From Paraspadella gotoi (taxonomy: Eukaryota > Animalia > Chaetognatha), in NCBI GenBank assembly GCA_051294375.1, contig CM119263.1, forward strand, positions 4,110,161 through 4,174,160: 64,000 bases of DNA, in the 5' to 3' direction. A program made the translations under genes and the position numbers. A model generated the notes under the pieces. It did not search any database. It was not told where the DNA came from and was given only the letters and a program-made list of their open reading frames with translations. Position 1 is the stretch's first letter, and each line of letters starts with the position of its first letter. Below, piece by piece: positions 12,811-33,887 of the stretch.

Positions 12811-14487
12811 ATTTCTAATCCTAACCTCTATCCCTAAACGCTAGTCCAAAACCCAAATCCCTAACCTTAATCACTGACCTAATACCTAATCTTTAACTAA
12901 AAAAAAATTAACATAATTTCGAATTTAAGATAAAATGGGGAGTTCTGGGAAAATAAGGCCCAACGGTTAGTTGATATTCATCAAAATCTGGCGTTTTAGA
13001 TCTGATTGAGCCTAATTTCTCTCCCGCAGAAACATCTTAAGTCTCATGGTAGTATACGATCAAATCAGACTCTAGTACCGCCTGTTTTATCTCTGCAATT
13101 GAGGATCAAGCCATTGTAATTCCCATTGACTCTCCTGCAATTTCTACAAAGTTCACCATCGTCATCTTCGCCCATTGACGATCCACGACTATCGTCTCTT
13201 GCCGTTTCTGCCATCGACAGATTTCCTGGTCTCAGGTCAAAAGTCTATCGTCGAACCGAAGATTCCAACGCCACGTCCACCGTCGCCGCTGCCGCCGCCG
13301 CCGCCGCCGCAGCCGACACCGCCGAAGCCGCTTTCTCTTTGCTGCCGACAGCCTCTCCTGAGGGAAGCTTTGTGTCTCACAACATCATAAAAATTTCAGC
13401 TTCATCCATATGCATCTGGACTAGAATCGATCGGCGTCGTTGTTGTTGTCGTTATTGTTGTCGTTGTTGTCGTTGTTCTTGTTCTTGCCATAGGCGTTGT
13501 TGTAGTGGTTGTTGTTGTGTTTGTTATTGTTGTTGTTGTCGTCGTCGTCGTCTTCGTTATTGTCGTTGTCGTTGTTGTTTTTGCTGTTTCAACGCATTCT
13601 CCACTCGATCCGTGACAAATGTAATCGTTTTGTCAGAATAAGTGATAGTTAAATGCGATGTTAGTTTGTTTCTTTTGTGTAATAACGGAGTTTAAGGCTT
13701 GTTAACTATCATTGGTGCTGGTGTCTGGAGAAGCGACGGCGGCGGCGGTGGCGGCGGCGGCGGCGGCGGCGGCAGAGGATTGTGGATCCCGAGTAGGGAA
13801 ACGACGTCAGCGTCACAGATGCGTGATGCGCTTTTCTCCGCTTGAGCGANNNNNNNNNNNNNNNNNNNNNNNNNNNNNNNNNNNNNNNNNNNNNNNNNNN
13901 NNNNNNNNNNNNNNNNNNNNNNNNNNNNNNNNNNNNNNNNNNNNNNNNNNNNNNNNNNNNNNNNNNNNNNNNNNNNNNNNNNNNNNNNNNNNNNNNNNNN
14001 NNNNNNNNNNNNNNNNNNNNNNNNNNNNNNNNNNNNNNNNCCTCGTCGGAATCGTCGTAGTTGTCATCAATTTCGTCGTTGTCAACCTCGATATCATCGT
14101 TGTCGCCTCTTTCGTATTTATCGATGTCACTATCTTCGTCGTCTTNNNNNNNNNNNNNNNNNNNNNNNNNCTCTCCTCTCTCTCTCTCTCTCTCTCTCGT
14201 CTCGTTGTGGAGAGAAAGGGGGAAATGGCGGAGGGAATAGCCGGGCGACGATGACGACGACGACGACGAAGATAGTGGACATCGATAAATACGAAAGAGG
14301 CGACAACGATGATATCGAGTTGACAAAAGACAAATTGATGACGAACTACACGATTGCCGCGAGGATAGACGACGACACAATCGACGACGAATAACATGAG
14401 GACTGAAGAACGACGATTACCGGATAAAACAATGAGGTTTTGTACCAAGCCACATTAATTTATATATAGTTCATCTCTCTCTTCATA

Positions 14488-14518
<31 letters not shown>

Positions 14519-14530
14519 AAATCTCTCTCT

Positions 14531-14569
<39 letters not shown>

Positions 14570-16512
14570 TTGTGATGAGGGTAAAATTTTAATCTAAATG
14601 CGCGAGGGAAAATTCCGTCTCGCTTTGTTTTCTGCCCATATTTTTTACGGGCGTCGAAGGAAGCCCTCTTCCTCCTCCTCCTCCTCCTTCTCTTCCCTCT
14701 ACCCCCCCCCACTTTCCCCCCGTCTTCCACGCCCCATTTCCCAATTTGTTCCAATCGAGTCTCCGTTGTGAAAACCATGGTGACGAATTTCCCGCCTTTG
14801 CCCTTTTTCCTCTTAGTCCCGCGTTGGAAACGGGTCTTCACATTGCTTCGTCTTGCGTTGTTATCATTTGCCATCTCCGAACTGGTCTCGACACTCACTG
14901 CTCTTTCATTGTTGTATTGCGTTGTTAACATGCATCGACATTGTCATTATCCTACGCTTGCCATACATTGTCTGGCACCGGTATCATCATCGTTACTTCT
15001 TTCCATCATTGTCATTCTTTGCCAAGTCTTATCAGGCATTGACATTGTTCCAAGCGCCCCTGGTCTCAACTTTGTCATCCTTTTTTTTTCCTGTTTTAAT
15101 CTTCTTTATTTCTTTTGTTCTAAATTATACGGCTCGTCTTTATCGTCCCTTTCATAAGTTTACTACCCTCTTTTGTCATTAATATTGTATTGTGCTATTA
15201 ATTTCGTTTTATTACTTTTCTCCCATCCCGCTCATTCGATCATCTTTGACCTTTAAAGTTTCTTTTTTTCTTTCCACCTCCTTTCTTCCTTAACCCACAC
15301 ACACAATGTCCATTTGTGTGGGCGTGGGATTTCCCTCTCCCTCTCCTCTCTCCCTCTCCCTCTCCCTCTCCTCTCTCCCCATCTTTCTCTCTGTCCTCTC
15401 CTGCTTTTCTCTGTTGTCCGCAAAAACAAGATCGGTTCATCCAATGTCTTGCGCCGCAGTGACTTTATTTTTAAGGAGAGTTCCCTCTGATCACATGACT
15501 ACATTATATGACTATATGACTTCAATAACTTTCTTAGCCCGAGTATTTACGACTCGCACTGCATCGGAATTTTGTCTTTTATTCTTTATTCTTTATTCTT
15601 TAAGATTTCCTGAAGGCGGCGCTAGTAGTCACTAAGTAGATTATAATATTTTTAAAAAAGTGCTAAACGTTAATAAAAAATTTAATTTAAAAACAGTGAG
15701 TTGGAAAATGAAACCCGATTTTAAAAGCCTACTTTCTCCACTCATTGTCAGAGCATATCTTAACCGATCAATATAAAATGTGAACAAATAAATGATTTTA
15801 ATATTTTCTACTCAACTAATTTTTTAAAATCATTGAAATAACCACTGATTTGCAAATGACATTTTTACCGTAAGTGGGACTGACCGATGAACAGACATAC
15901 CGAAGGACAGACCGACCGAAAAGTGTTTCATGGAGTACTCGCGGCGCTATTAAAAATATTTGAAAAAATATTCTTATTTTTTACTTTGGATTTTGTGAAA
16001 AAAATAGTGGAAGGCTCAAGACTGAGACAGAAGAAAACCTCAAATCTAAGGGACTGCGAGCGCTGGCTTCAGGAATTCCTAAAACTAGAAGGAATAAAAG
16101 ACGTTTTTTGATGCAGTGCATGTCATAAATACACGGGCAAAGTAATTTTGTTAGTCATGTCATGTCATGTCTTATGTTATCAAAAGAAAATAAACATGAA
16201 TATAAAGTCACTAGGGCGCAACACATTGGAATTACCGTTCTTGTTATTTTCTAAATTTAAAACGACACAGAGAGAAACAGCAGTCAAAACCGACAGTGAT
16301 AAAATGAGGAAAAAAACGAGTGAAAAAAGCTGAGAGAAAAACGGAGCGTCTGGGGGACCAAAAAGCAAAGAGGGGACAGTCAAAAAAATAGAAAAAGATA
16401 GTAAAAAGAGAGAAAAAAAGAAATAGCGCGAAAAAAAACGTAAAAAAAATATATGGTCTCTCCCAAAGGAAGCCGCCTCCATTCTCCCGGACGTCCGCAA
16501 AAAAGAAGAGGC

Positions 16513-16557
<45 letters not shown>

Positions 16558-16587
16558 CTCTCTCTCTCTCTTTTCTCTTTTTCTTTC

Positions 16588-16673
<86 letters not shown>

Positions 16674-16681
16674 CTTCTCTT

Positions 16682-16724
<43 letters not shown>

Positions 16725-16778
16725 CTCTCTCTCTCTCTTTCTCTTTCTCTCACTCTCTCTCTCTCTCTTCTCTCATAG

Positions 16779-19115
16779 GCGCCCACTGACTTCTTCTCGT
16801 TTTAACGACCGAAACCGCGTTCACAGGTCTTTTCCTCTACGAGGCGGCTCCGGCGACAGCCTCGTCTCACTGACGTCCTGCAGCGTCGCCAGTCCAGCTG
16901 CAGAGCCGATCGTCCAGCAGCAACGCCAGACTGGATGGCACCAAATGGAGCTTCGTCTTATTGTCGCCTTATTGATTTTAAAAAGAAGCTCATAAAGAAA
17001 ATAAACGGATTTATTTCAAGTCTCGTCTCTCAGTCTAAGTGAATAAAGTTTCAAATTTCATTTATTGAAAATGATTATTATGGAGAAATTCACTTTACAA
17101 ATAATGTAAAACGTAAATCCTTTTTCTCCTTTTCGTTTACAAGTAAAACCTTCATTTATTTACCATTCCAAATTTATTTTATTTTCGATATACATATTTC
17201 CATTGTTTTATACTTTCATTGATTCTTACTTCATTCTTCATTTTAGTTTAATTCAGTTTTACCTCTACATTTGCTGATACTTTTCCATTCATTTATTCGT
17301 TTTTATTTCATTCATTCTTTATTCATTCATTTCATTCAATCTTCATTCATTCCTTCTCCCGTTTTCTCTTCATTCACATTCGTCTAAATCGTCTTCGCGG
17401 ATTCAATCGTCACAACTCAAACTCCTCTCATTTCCTTCTTTCTTTCCTTCTTTCTTTTCTTCTTTCTTTCCTTCTTTCCTTCTTTCTTTCCTTCTTTCTT
17501 TCCTTCTTTCCTTTTTTCTTTTCTTATTTTCTTCTTTCTTTCCTTCTTTTCTTCTTTATTTATTTCTTTCCTTCTTTCCTTCTTTCCTTCTCTCCTTCTT
17601 TCCTTTTTTCTTTCCTTTTTTCCTTCTTTCCTTCTTTCTTTCCTTCTTTCCTTCTTTCTTTTCCTTTTTCCTTCTTTTTTTTTTCCTCATTTTTTTCTTC
17701 TTTTCTTTTTCCCCTTCCTTCTTTCCTCTTTCCTCCCCATCGTCCCGAAAACCATTATGCAAAAGAGAAGAAACGACATCCTTTCGATTCTCTTTCTCTT
17801 TTCTCTTTCTCTTTTCTCCTTCTCTTTTCTCCTCTCTTTTCTCATTCTGTTTTCTTCTACTCTTTTCTCTTCTTCTCTTTTATTTATATGTATATTTTCC
17901 CCTTCTCTTCTTTCTTTTCTTTTTTTTATTTTCTTCCCTTCTCTTTTTTTTCTTTTTTTCTTCTCTTTCATCATTTTTTCTCTCCTCTTTTCTTTATATC
18001 TTCTCTCCTTCTCTTCTCTCTTTTATTTTTTTTCCTTTTCTTCTCTTTTCTCCTTCTCTTTTCGTTTTCTCTTTTCTTCTTCTCTTCTCTTCTTCTCCTC
18101 TCTTCTTCTCTTTTCTCCTCTTCGTCTTCTTCTTTCTTACTCTTCACTTGTTTTCCTTCATTTCTCTATTTACCTCCTCTCCTTCTTAGTTTTTCCTGCC
18201 TCTCTCTGTTTCTTAATTAATATAAATATGAAGTTGTTAATTATATAATTTGTATTGAAGTTGTGGGCATTACATGACCTTGAGACGTGAAGCAAGTAGA
18301 AAGGAGATTATTTCTAAAACATCTAAAATAATCAACTTTAAACAACACTTTAATTAACATTTTTTAAATGTTTTCGCTGACGGATGCTAACTATATTTTA
18401 CCTTTATCTGCATCTGCCTGCACCTGTGCACCTTCTCAATTTTATCAGTTTCTGCAGCAACTTCCGCTGCCTTTTCAACAAGACTAATCACCTACAAAGT
18501 TGCAGTAACCGCCTCACAACAACACACACCACCTCTCACAGCTTCTCACAGCCTCACAGACCCTCTCACAGTCTCACCCCACTTCACACCTCCCCCCCTC
18601 TCCCTCTCTTTCCCTCAACCCCAGTTAAAGCGAAGCACCCGAAAGAATCTCCTTTGGTTAATTGAATCAATCAAATTGGTGGAACCGCCGGAGCCTGTTA
18701 CTGTTTCCATTAAACTCTCTCTCTCTTTCTTCAAAAGGATCGAGGTTTTATATCCTCCTCTTCCTCTTCCTCCTCCTCCTCCTCCTCCTTTATCTCCCCC
18801 TCCCAGTCTTTGAGTGGTGGCCTCTTTGGTTCGACGATTATTCTCCTTTTTTCTCTTCCTCTTTTTAACTCTGTCTCGCTCTCGCATCTTTCTATTTTTC
18901 TCTTCTTCTGTTTCCACGGTTTCGGAGTCTCCTTCTCGTAGATTATATTGTTTTGTATTTTTGGTTTTGTTTTCTCTTAATCATAACACAACGAAGAAAG
19001 ACGAAATACAAGGTTTTGTTTCAAATTGTTCAGTTTCTTTCTGGGTGGGTTCTTTAATTTTAATTTCTCGCATTATCACTCAATGACACATCTACTTTCA
19101 CATCCTGTATCCTCT

Positions 19116-19200
<85 letters not shown>

Positions 19201-20760
19201 ACTCTCTCTCGTTCTACTACATAAAACCTTTCCTAATTTCTGTTTACTCCCTGAAGAGCGCTTCATTTTCCGTTTACCAAAATAAAAAAAAGTGTCTCGG
19301 TCTTATTTATGCTAAATACATGGCATCGTCTCTTTTTATTTAACCAATTAACTCTCCTTTTTAGCCGATTAACTTACTCTTCAAACGCAAATGTAAATTT
19401 TTCTCCGAATTTTTTTTTAAATTCCATTTGTAAGAGAATTTGCTTCCTTTTCCCTCTGGTGGTTTTTCTTTTTATCCAATCCCAGTCCTGCTTTTATTTT
19501 TATTCTTTTAACTTTCCAATTTCTCTCTCTTTCTCTCTTTCTCAGAGAGAGATTACCGGACTATGAGTCATCCTTTTCTTCTCTTCCTCGTCCTCTCTCT
19601 CCTCATCATTCTGCTCTTTATCCTCTCTGTAGGAACTTACATACTCTTATGTTTTTCCGTTGATTTACGTCCGAGTTTACTAAGTTCGAGTTTCTTTTGT
19701 TTGTTCCTTTCTTTTTTCCTTCATTCATTCTCGCGCGTGTTTTTGTTTTCTTACTATATTTTCCCTTTTTTTTCTGTCTCAGTCTCTCTCGGTTTGTTTC
19801 TTTATTAGCTCCAGCTCGTTCTCTCTCTCGCTTTATACATATCAGACATTTACTTTGAGTATAGTAATCAGTAACTATTTCGTCGATTATTCGGAGTCAA
19901 TAATAGATCTACTAAAAAAAAATTATGTCTTTCTCTCAATATTTATCACCCGTGAAAATGAGCGCGTTATATTTTTCGTTTTATTAAGTATTATTTATAG
20001 TTCCTGTTTCTTTAATTTGATCCACGCCGTAAGATGTCGTTGTGGGTACGGCCATCGTAATCGCAATAACATTGTAAGTAGAAATACAGAGAAATAATTC
20101 AAACAGACAGATGCCGAAACCAGGAAAATGTGGTTCTGAGTTCTACGGCTGTCAACCGGAAAGAGGCTCCACATTCTGCCTATTGGTCGCAGGGTCGTTG
20201 GATTCGAATTAACCCACAATCTCACTTCCTCCAAAGTGTGCGTCCGCTTGGTCGACATTTGGTTTCGCCCGTAACTTACCCTTTAATTTTGCAGCTTCTT
20301 TATGTTCACCTCTCTCCTGATGGAAATTTCCTTAATCTGGCGCTCTCCATGATGTGGGCGAGAGGCTTTTACTTCTTTTTTGAAATGATCGTTTTGTGAG
20401 AAAATAAAAATATCTAATCAACAACGGTTTTTTTTAGTTCATGTTTAATTCGTTTGTTGAAATAGTTTTGTTTGTGTTAGAGCCTCATGTGGCGAGAATA
20501 TCTGGAAGAATGAGCACGAATACCTGCTCGAAACGCTACAACGTAATAGTCTACTTATTTCATAACTTTATCACACTCTCTATCCATAAGACAAACAAAT
20601 GCGCCTCACATCAACTGCTCTTACATCTAAAACCACGCCCGCTCCACCGACGATGGCTAAACGAAAACGAGGTCCAGACTTTGCGTGATATTTTCTCTGG
20701 GCTTCTCTACCTCTCAGAAGCAAACCGCTTTCATGAATGAAATCAAGTGATGATGAAGAG
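16779..20760 (+). CDS. Multi-exon CMGC protein kinase, SRPK/CLK-like; frameshifted in this sequence (assembly errors or pseudogene)
   Basis: Motifs appear in kinase order after allowing single-base indels: KNLLWLIE (~18643); TD.KPENVVL (~20100-20140); VRLVDFGFAR (20242-20272); DVWA.G..FFEM (~20349-20390); LF.EPH (~20468-20490); EVQTLRD..SGLL (~20670-20710). The putative first exon near 16779 (FNDRNRVHRS) is weak. Confidence 0.55.
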
Positions 20761-22194
20761 CAGCAGCACTGAAAAGAGGCGCGTATCAATTTCCGTTAGA
20801 CGGAGAGAGGAAGAATATAAGTAGAGCAAGAGAGAGAGAAGATGGCATGTACGGGCACTGTATGAGTATGAGTAGCATGAAAAGTAACGAGTGGAAGAGC
20901 AAGAGAGAGTCGAGTCACGAGAGAGATGTGTATACGCACCCGCAGAGAGAGAGCACTCATTCTTTCGCCTTTTATCTGAAGAAATGGCTCCCTCGAACGA
21001 TTTAACGACGACGTACTCTTCAAACAGCCAAATCGTGCGTACCGCAACGCAACTTGCGAACACGAACGCAGCAGCCACTTTTTATTTTATAATTCCCCCT
21101 ATCTTGTCGCTAACGTAGTGAACCTGTTCTATATCTATGTATGCACTCTTGGGGTTGTCTTAGATTCGCGCTCTCTTTCTATTTTCTTGCACTCAGTCCT
21201 CTATGATGCCAAAGCTGTTTTATTGTTGTTATAATTATGGTCATTTTGTTTTGACATCTTCGACCTAATCTATTCTCTCGTGAATTCGAGAGTCGTGTCT
21301 ATACATCTCAATTCGTCTTCTATCCGTTCTTCTCACCTAGCTTAAAATATAGCATTACGCCTACCACTCTATTTCACTCATCATCACCATATGCTTTCGG
21401 GATACCTCATCAGATAATTGATCAAAGAGACCACTGCGATAGGTTAACTCTACTTCTGCGCCGGGTTCGCCTTGTCTCAATACCATCTAAGCGCGCACAC
21501 TAACGATTCCTATTTTAATGGCTGGTCGCTCTTTGCTTATTCTTAAGCGGCAGTCTATATATTGGAATAGCCGAGCATCGGAGAGAGATCTCTGCTATTG
21601 ACTTCCATCACATCGATCTCAATGTCTCTAGCAGAACGGGCGCGCAATGCTCCCAGTCGTCATCTTCATTGTCCGCTCTTTCCTCTCCCCAAGAGGCTTT
21701 TTGTTTCTGTTTTTATTTTTATATTTAATTACTGTCTTCTCTCTCAATGCCTCTCATTTTATCAGCTCTTAGATCCGTGCCCCAATTCCAATTACTTAAT
21801 GAATTTACGCTCCAGACATACTATCCACCAGATTTCGGAGAGACTCTCTACTTTATCGTTCTTCTCTTTTTATCGTGGTTCGATCGAAGATCTACGTCTC
21901 TTCGTATCGATGCTCTGCTCATCTCTCTCCGTCCATCCTCGAAGAGGCGCGCTCGCCTGCAGAAGTCGAGCCTCTATTCCAGTGCTCTCACTCCCTTTCT
22001 CGATTCATTCTCTTTGCTTCAATCTAATCTAACCTCCCTACCCTCATCCTTGCGTTTCCCTCTTCTCTATCCATGGTCCATCCCTTCATCCTATAACTCG
22101 CCCTTCCCGAATATAAATATGCCCACGGAAGTGACTTTTGGGTTTTTCCTCCGGCATGCCCGGGAGNNNNNNNNNNNNNNNNNNNNNNNNNCTT

Positions 22195-22285
<91 letters not shown>

Positions 22286-23209
22286 CGATCCGCTATTCGG
22301 TCGGTGGCGCTGCGATCGCCTCCTCCCCCCTCCGCCTCGTTCCGTCGCATTAAGCTTTATGGGTTCGAGGGGGAAAGGAATCTCCCTGTGGCCGCGGGCT
22401 CTCTTCTCTCTACTTCTCTTTCTCTTTCCTTTCTTTCTCACTCATCTTTTTTTCTCTTCTCTTTCTCTTTCCTTTAATTAATTACTACTATTTTTACTAC
22501 TTTTTTTTTTATTCTCATTAGGTCCCGTGCTACACCTCTCTCTTTCATTCCTTTTTCTTTCTCTCTTAATCTCTTTTTTCACTCCTATATTGTTCTTCTT
22601 TTTTTTTCTTTCCTTCCTCTTTTCCTTCTCTTTCAATTTTTTGACGCATCACTTGCCCGACTACACACTTAGAGACTTTTTCTCTTTACCTATCTTTCTT
22701 CTCTTTATGTTAAATTATTTTTCTTTTGGTTTTCATTTCGCCCACTTCACTATCTTTGCTCTCTATCCTCTCGCTTTCCTACTTGTCTTTTCTTTCTTCA
22801 TCTGGACAACAAAAAATTGAACAATAACGTCAACCTTTCGAGAATAAAATATTTAAAAAATTATAAAGTTAAGGAAGAAAAAAAAGAAAATAAAGAGAGA
22901 AAGATACGAAGAAAAGAGACAAAAAGAAAGAGAGAGAGAAATGAGAAAAAGTGAAAAAGAAAGAAAAGATGCAGAAGCGAAAGAAAGCAGGAAGTAAGTT
23001 GACGGCCTCTTTGGGTCATTCTCTTTACGAGTGAGTTTCAGGGGAGTAATCATTGTTTTTGACTTTCCTCCTTTTCTAATTTCGCCCGATGTTGTTGTTG
23101 CTTTTGTTGTTGTTGTTGTTTTTGTTGTTGTTTAGGATTGATAATGTGTTGATGACCGTCATTACCAAATCGACCACGACGAATCTGACGTTGAAAATGG
23201 CAACAACAA

Positions 23210-23243
<34 letters not shown>

Positions 23244-25506
23244 AGGGAGATAGAAATATTCTTGAAATAGACTTCGTTAAATTTGGAAAACGAATTAGGA
23301 AATTCCACGTTGCGACCTGCTCCACGTAATCGTTTTCGTAGTCGTTATCATCGTCATCATCATCATTATCATCATCATCATCATCATCATCATTGTCATA
23401 TACCTGCAATCATCATCATCCATCCAATCATCATCATATCACACATCATCATCATTGTCATACATCATGCATCATCACATCATCGCCATTGTAGATGGCC
23501 CAGGATTGGTGCCATCAATCATCATCATATCATCCCATCAGGCCATCATCATCAATCAATACAAATACATCATTGTCAATAATCAATTAACATATATCCA
23601 TCATCATGCAATCGTCATCGCATTCATCGACATCATACATCATCCATCATCCATCGGAGGGCATCACATTATCGATCATCATCATCGCCATCATCATCAT
23701 CGCCATCATCACTCATCATTGGTCCGCGTAACAAACGTTGCATTTAGGAAAAAACTGAACCTCTTTTCACTATTGTTCAGTTGTTACTGACAATGTTGAT
23801 TAACTTTGTACCACAACACAAATTAGCGCCGAACGAAGGATTTGGTAAAAAACATTCCACCCGTTTCTAATGATAAAATAGTACCATTTTAGCATTTAGC
23901 CAAAAAAATTATGTCCATTTTTGTCCATTTTTACTACGACTTCTGATTTGAATCCAAGGAATTGAGAAAAATTTTTTACTTTGAAAATCCGTTTTTTCTT
24001 ATCTTCTGTTACCTCTGGGTAAATTTATTAGCTAATATCATTTATTGGTTTGCCTATGAATTAATTTTAAAGTTAACAAGTCAAAAAGTTGGGTTTCAGT
24101 CTTTATCATAAATTTTGTTAAACAAAATAAATCAAATTGGTTGAAATTAACAGAAGATATAGGCCTATTGAATAAGCTTTTAACACCTATAAAATTATCA
24201 AAAAAACCTTTTTTGGTTTAGCCACAAAATTAATTTTAAAGACAGTCTTTTAATTTGGACTTTTTGTGACTGCATTTTTTTTTGATAAAAGAATATAATT
24301 CAACTCATTTATAAGTTTTAAAAGATGAGGTAACATACTGACCTTGGATTAATTAAAAAAAACCGGCATCCTTTTAACCCAATGCGAAAGGCCGATCAGG
24401 ACTTGTTTTTTTCTCAAAATCGAACAGAATTTTGGACGCGAAAATATTCTTCCGCAAAATCGTCGATTTACTAATTTACTAAGGCAACCAAAATTGAAAG
24501 AACAAAATCATGCGCTACTGTTCATTTTCTTTCTTATAATGCATTTTAAATATTTTCTTGATTTGCTTAAATTGGTAAACGTAGTGAGAGGAAATAGAAA
24601 GGGAAAACAAGAAAAAGGAGAAGGGAGCAGAATGAAAGAGAGGGTGAAAGGCAAAAAACGAAAGGCAAATGGGGAAAAATAGGTGAAACAATTGTTAAAT
24701 GGAAAGAAAAAGAAGGGGAAAGAAAGAATGAAGATAAGAAAAAAAAGGTGAGGAAAGTGCATGAAGTGACCAGAAAAAGTAGAGGCCAAAAAATGGTAAG
24801 CCTGACAGCGTGAGAAGTAAGGGAGGAAAGAGGAGAGGAAAATATAAAGTAAGAGAAGAAAAGAGGAGAAGAAAAATAATTCACGGAAAAGCGGTATGAA
24901 GGAAAAAAAATTGTTCAGATAAATGTGGCCCGTCCTTACCGTAAAATCTTTTGTGTAAGTAAAAGACACATGAGGATTCTATAAGGATTCGATCTTAAAA
25001 ATCATCAATGTACCATAAAAATTCAAGCATACTTTTTCTAAAATTAAGATTAATGAATTAGATTGACAAGCATTGAAGAAATCATGCTTAACCGTATTTT
25101 TAACTCATAGAATTTTACAGTGGGAAGTTCTAGTGATTAAGAAGGAGATAACTTTGAGACTACCGTTTTTTTAAATGAAGAAAGATCGTACTAACACATG
25201 GATCAAGAATATGCGTAATTATTGAAGTTCAGATTTCGTTGTTTTAAAAGAACAACTGATTGTATGCCGAAACCCATTATCATCATCATCATCTCCTCAC
25301 CAACTTTTCCCAAACTTTTCACTCAACCCCAACTCGTGAACGACCTCAGTTCTTCTCACGCGCTCACGACTTTTCCGGAATCACTTGGACATTTCTCACC
25401 AAATGACGCGAGACGCTTTTCCGTGATCCTTTCTCTCTCCGCCTTTCCTTACCCGCTTATTCTTTACAACATTTCCCTTATCTACGACGACGACGACGAC
25501 GACGAC

Positions 25507-25571
<65 letters not shown>

Positions 25572-26041
25572 CTACAACGAAGACAAGAACTACAATGATC
25601 ACAAAAGTTGAGGAGACCAAACACGATAGCGATTTTAAAAATAAATTGGGAGAAAAACTCTCNNNNNNNNNNNNNNNNNNNNNNNNNNNNNNNNNNNNNN
25701 NNNNNNNNNNNNNNNNNNNNNNNNNNNNNNNNNNNNNNNNNNNNNNNNNNNNNNNNNNNNNNNNNNNNNNNNNNNNNNNNNNNNNNNNNNNNNNNNNNNN
25801 NNNNNNNNNNNNNNNNNNNNNNNNNNNNNNNNNNNNNNNNNNTTATTCGACTGGCTAATTACTAGCTCTTATTAAAAAATTAAGTATGACTCATTAAATG
25901 AATTTATCTAAGGATAAGTGAAAATCTCGTCAATCTTCGACGTGGGTGAGGAAAAGGTAAGTTTCGTCGAGTTGAGCTGTTGTGTTTTTTTTCGTTGCCA
26001 ACGAAGGGAATCGATTTTTAACGACCGCTCGTAAATTCTGT

Positions 26042-26082
<41 letters not shown>

Positions 26083-26624
26083 ACGCGGTCTCAACGGTCC
26101 GCTTTTGTTTCCCAACGCAACCATCTGGTCCAACGATCCATCAGTAGGTCCATCTCGAGGTCTACAGACTCATCGTCCGTCCTCAGACTCAGACTCAGAC
26201 TCAGACTCAGACTCAGACTCNNNNNNNNNNNNNNNNNNNNNNNNNNNNNNNNNNNNNNNNNNNNNNNNNNNNNNNNNNNNNNNNNNNNNNNNNNNNNNNN
26301 NNNNNNNNNNNNNNNNNNNNNNNNNNNNNNNNNNNNNNNNNNNNNNNNNNNNNNNNNNNNNNNNNNNNNNNNNNNNNNNNNNNNNNNNNNNNNNNNNNNN
26401 NNNNNNNNNNNGCCTTTTAAACCCTCCAAAAACCCATAAATAAAATTCATCCTATGGCACAAGGGAAGCCAACCAGACTACATCAGCAGCACGCGGCGCC
26501 GTCGCTGCAGCAGCAATGATGGCAGCAGCAGCAGGAGCAAAATCCCCGCAGTTTCGGCCGCGGGAGGTGAGTAATGAAAAGACTCTCTTGCAGCTTCTCA
26601 AAAGAGATTCACCTTAGGTGGGGT

Positions 26625-26759
<135 letters not shown>

Positions 26760-26913
26760 TCATAGTAACTTTTTGTTGCTCAAGTTACTTCATTATTACA
26801 CAGTTGACTGTAGTTTTACGAATTTAAACAACGGCTTTACTTTAAATTTAATGTTACAATTGAACTTTCCACAATAAAAACCAAAAAAAATCTTAAGTTT
26901 CTCCTTTCGATTT

Positions 26914-33887
<6,974 letters not shown>

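Noticed and set aside
14041-14345. Inverted repeat or hairpin element
   Set aside because: The arms sit on either side of a 25-N gap and one arm is indel-rich, so it is probably an assembly artefact.
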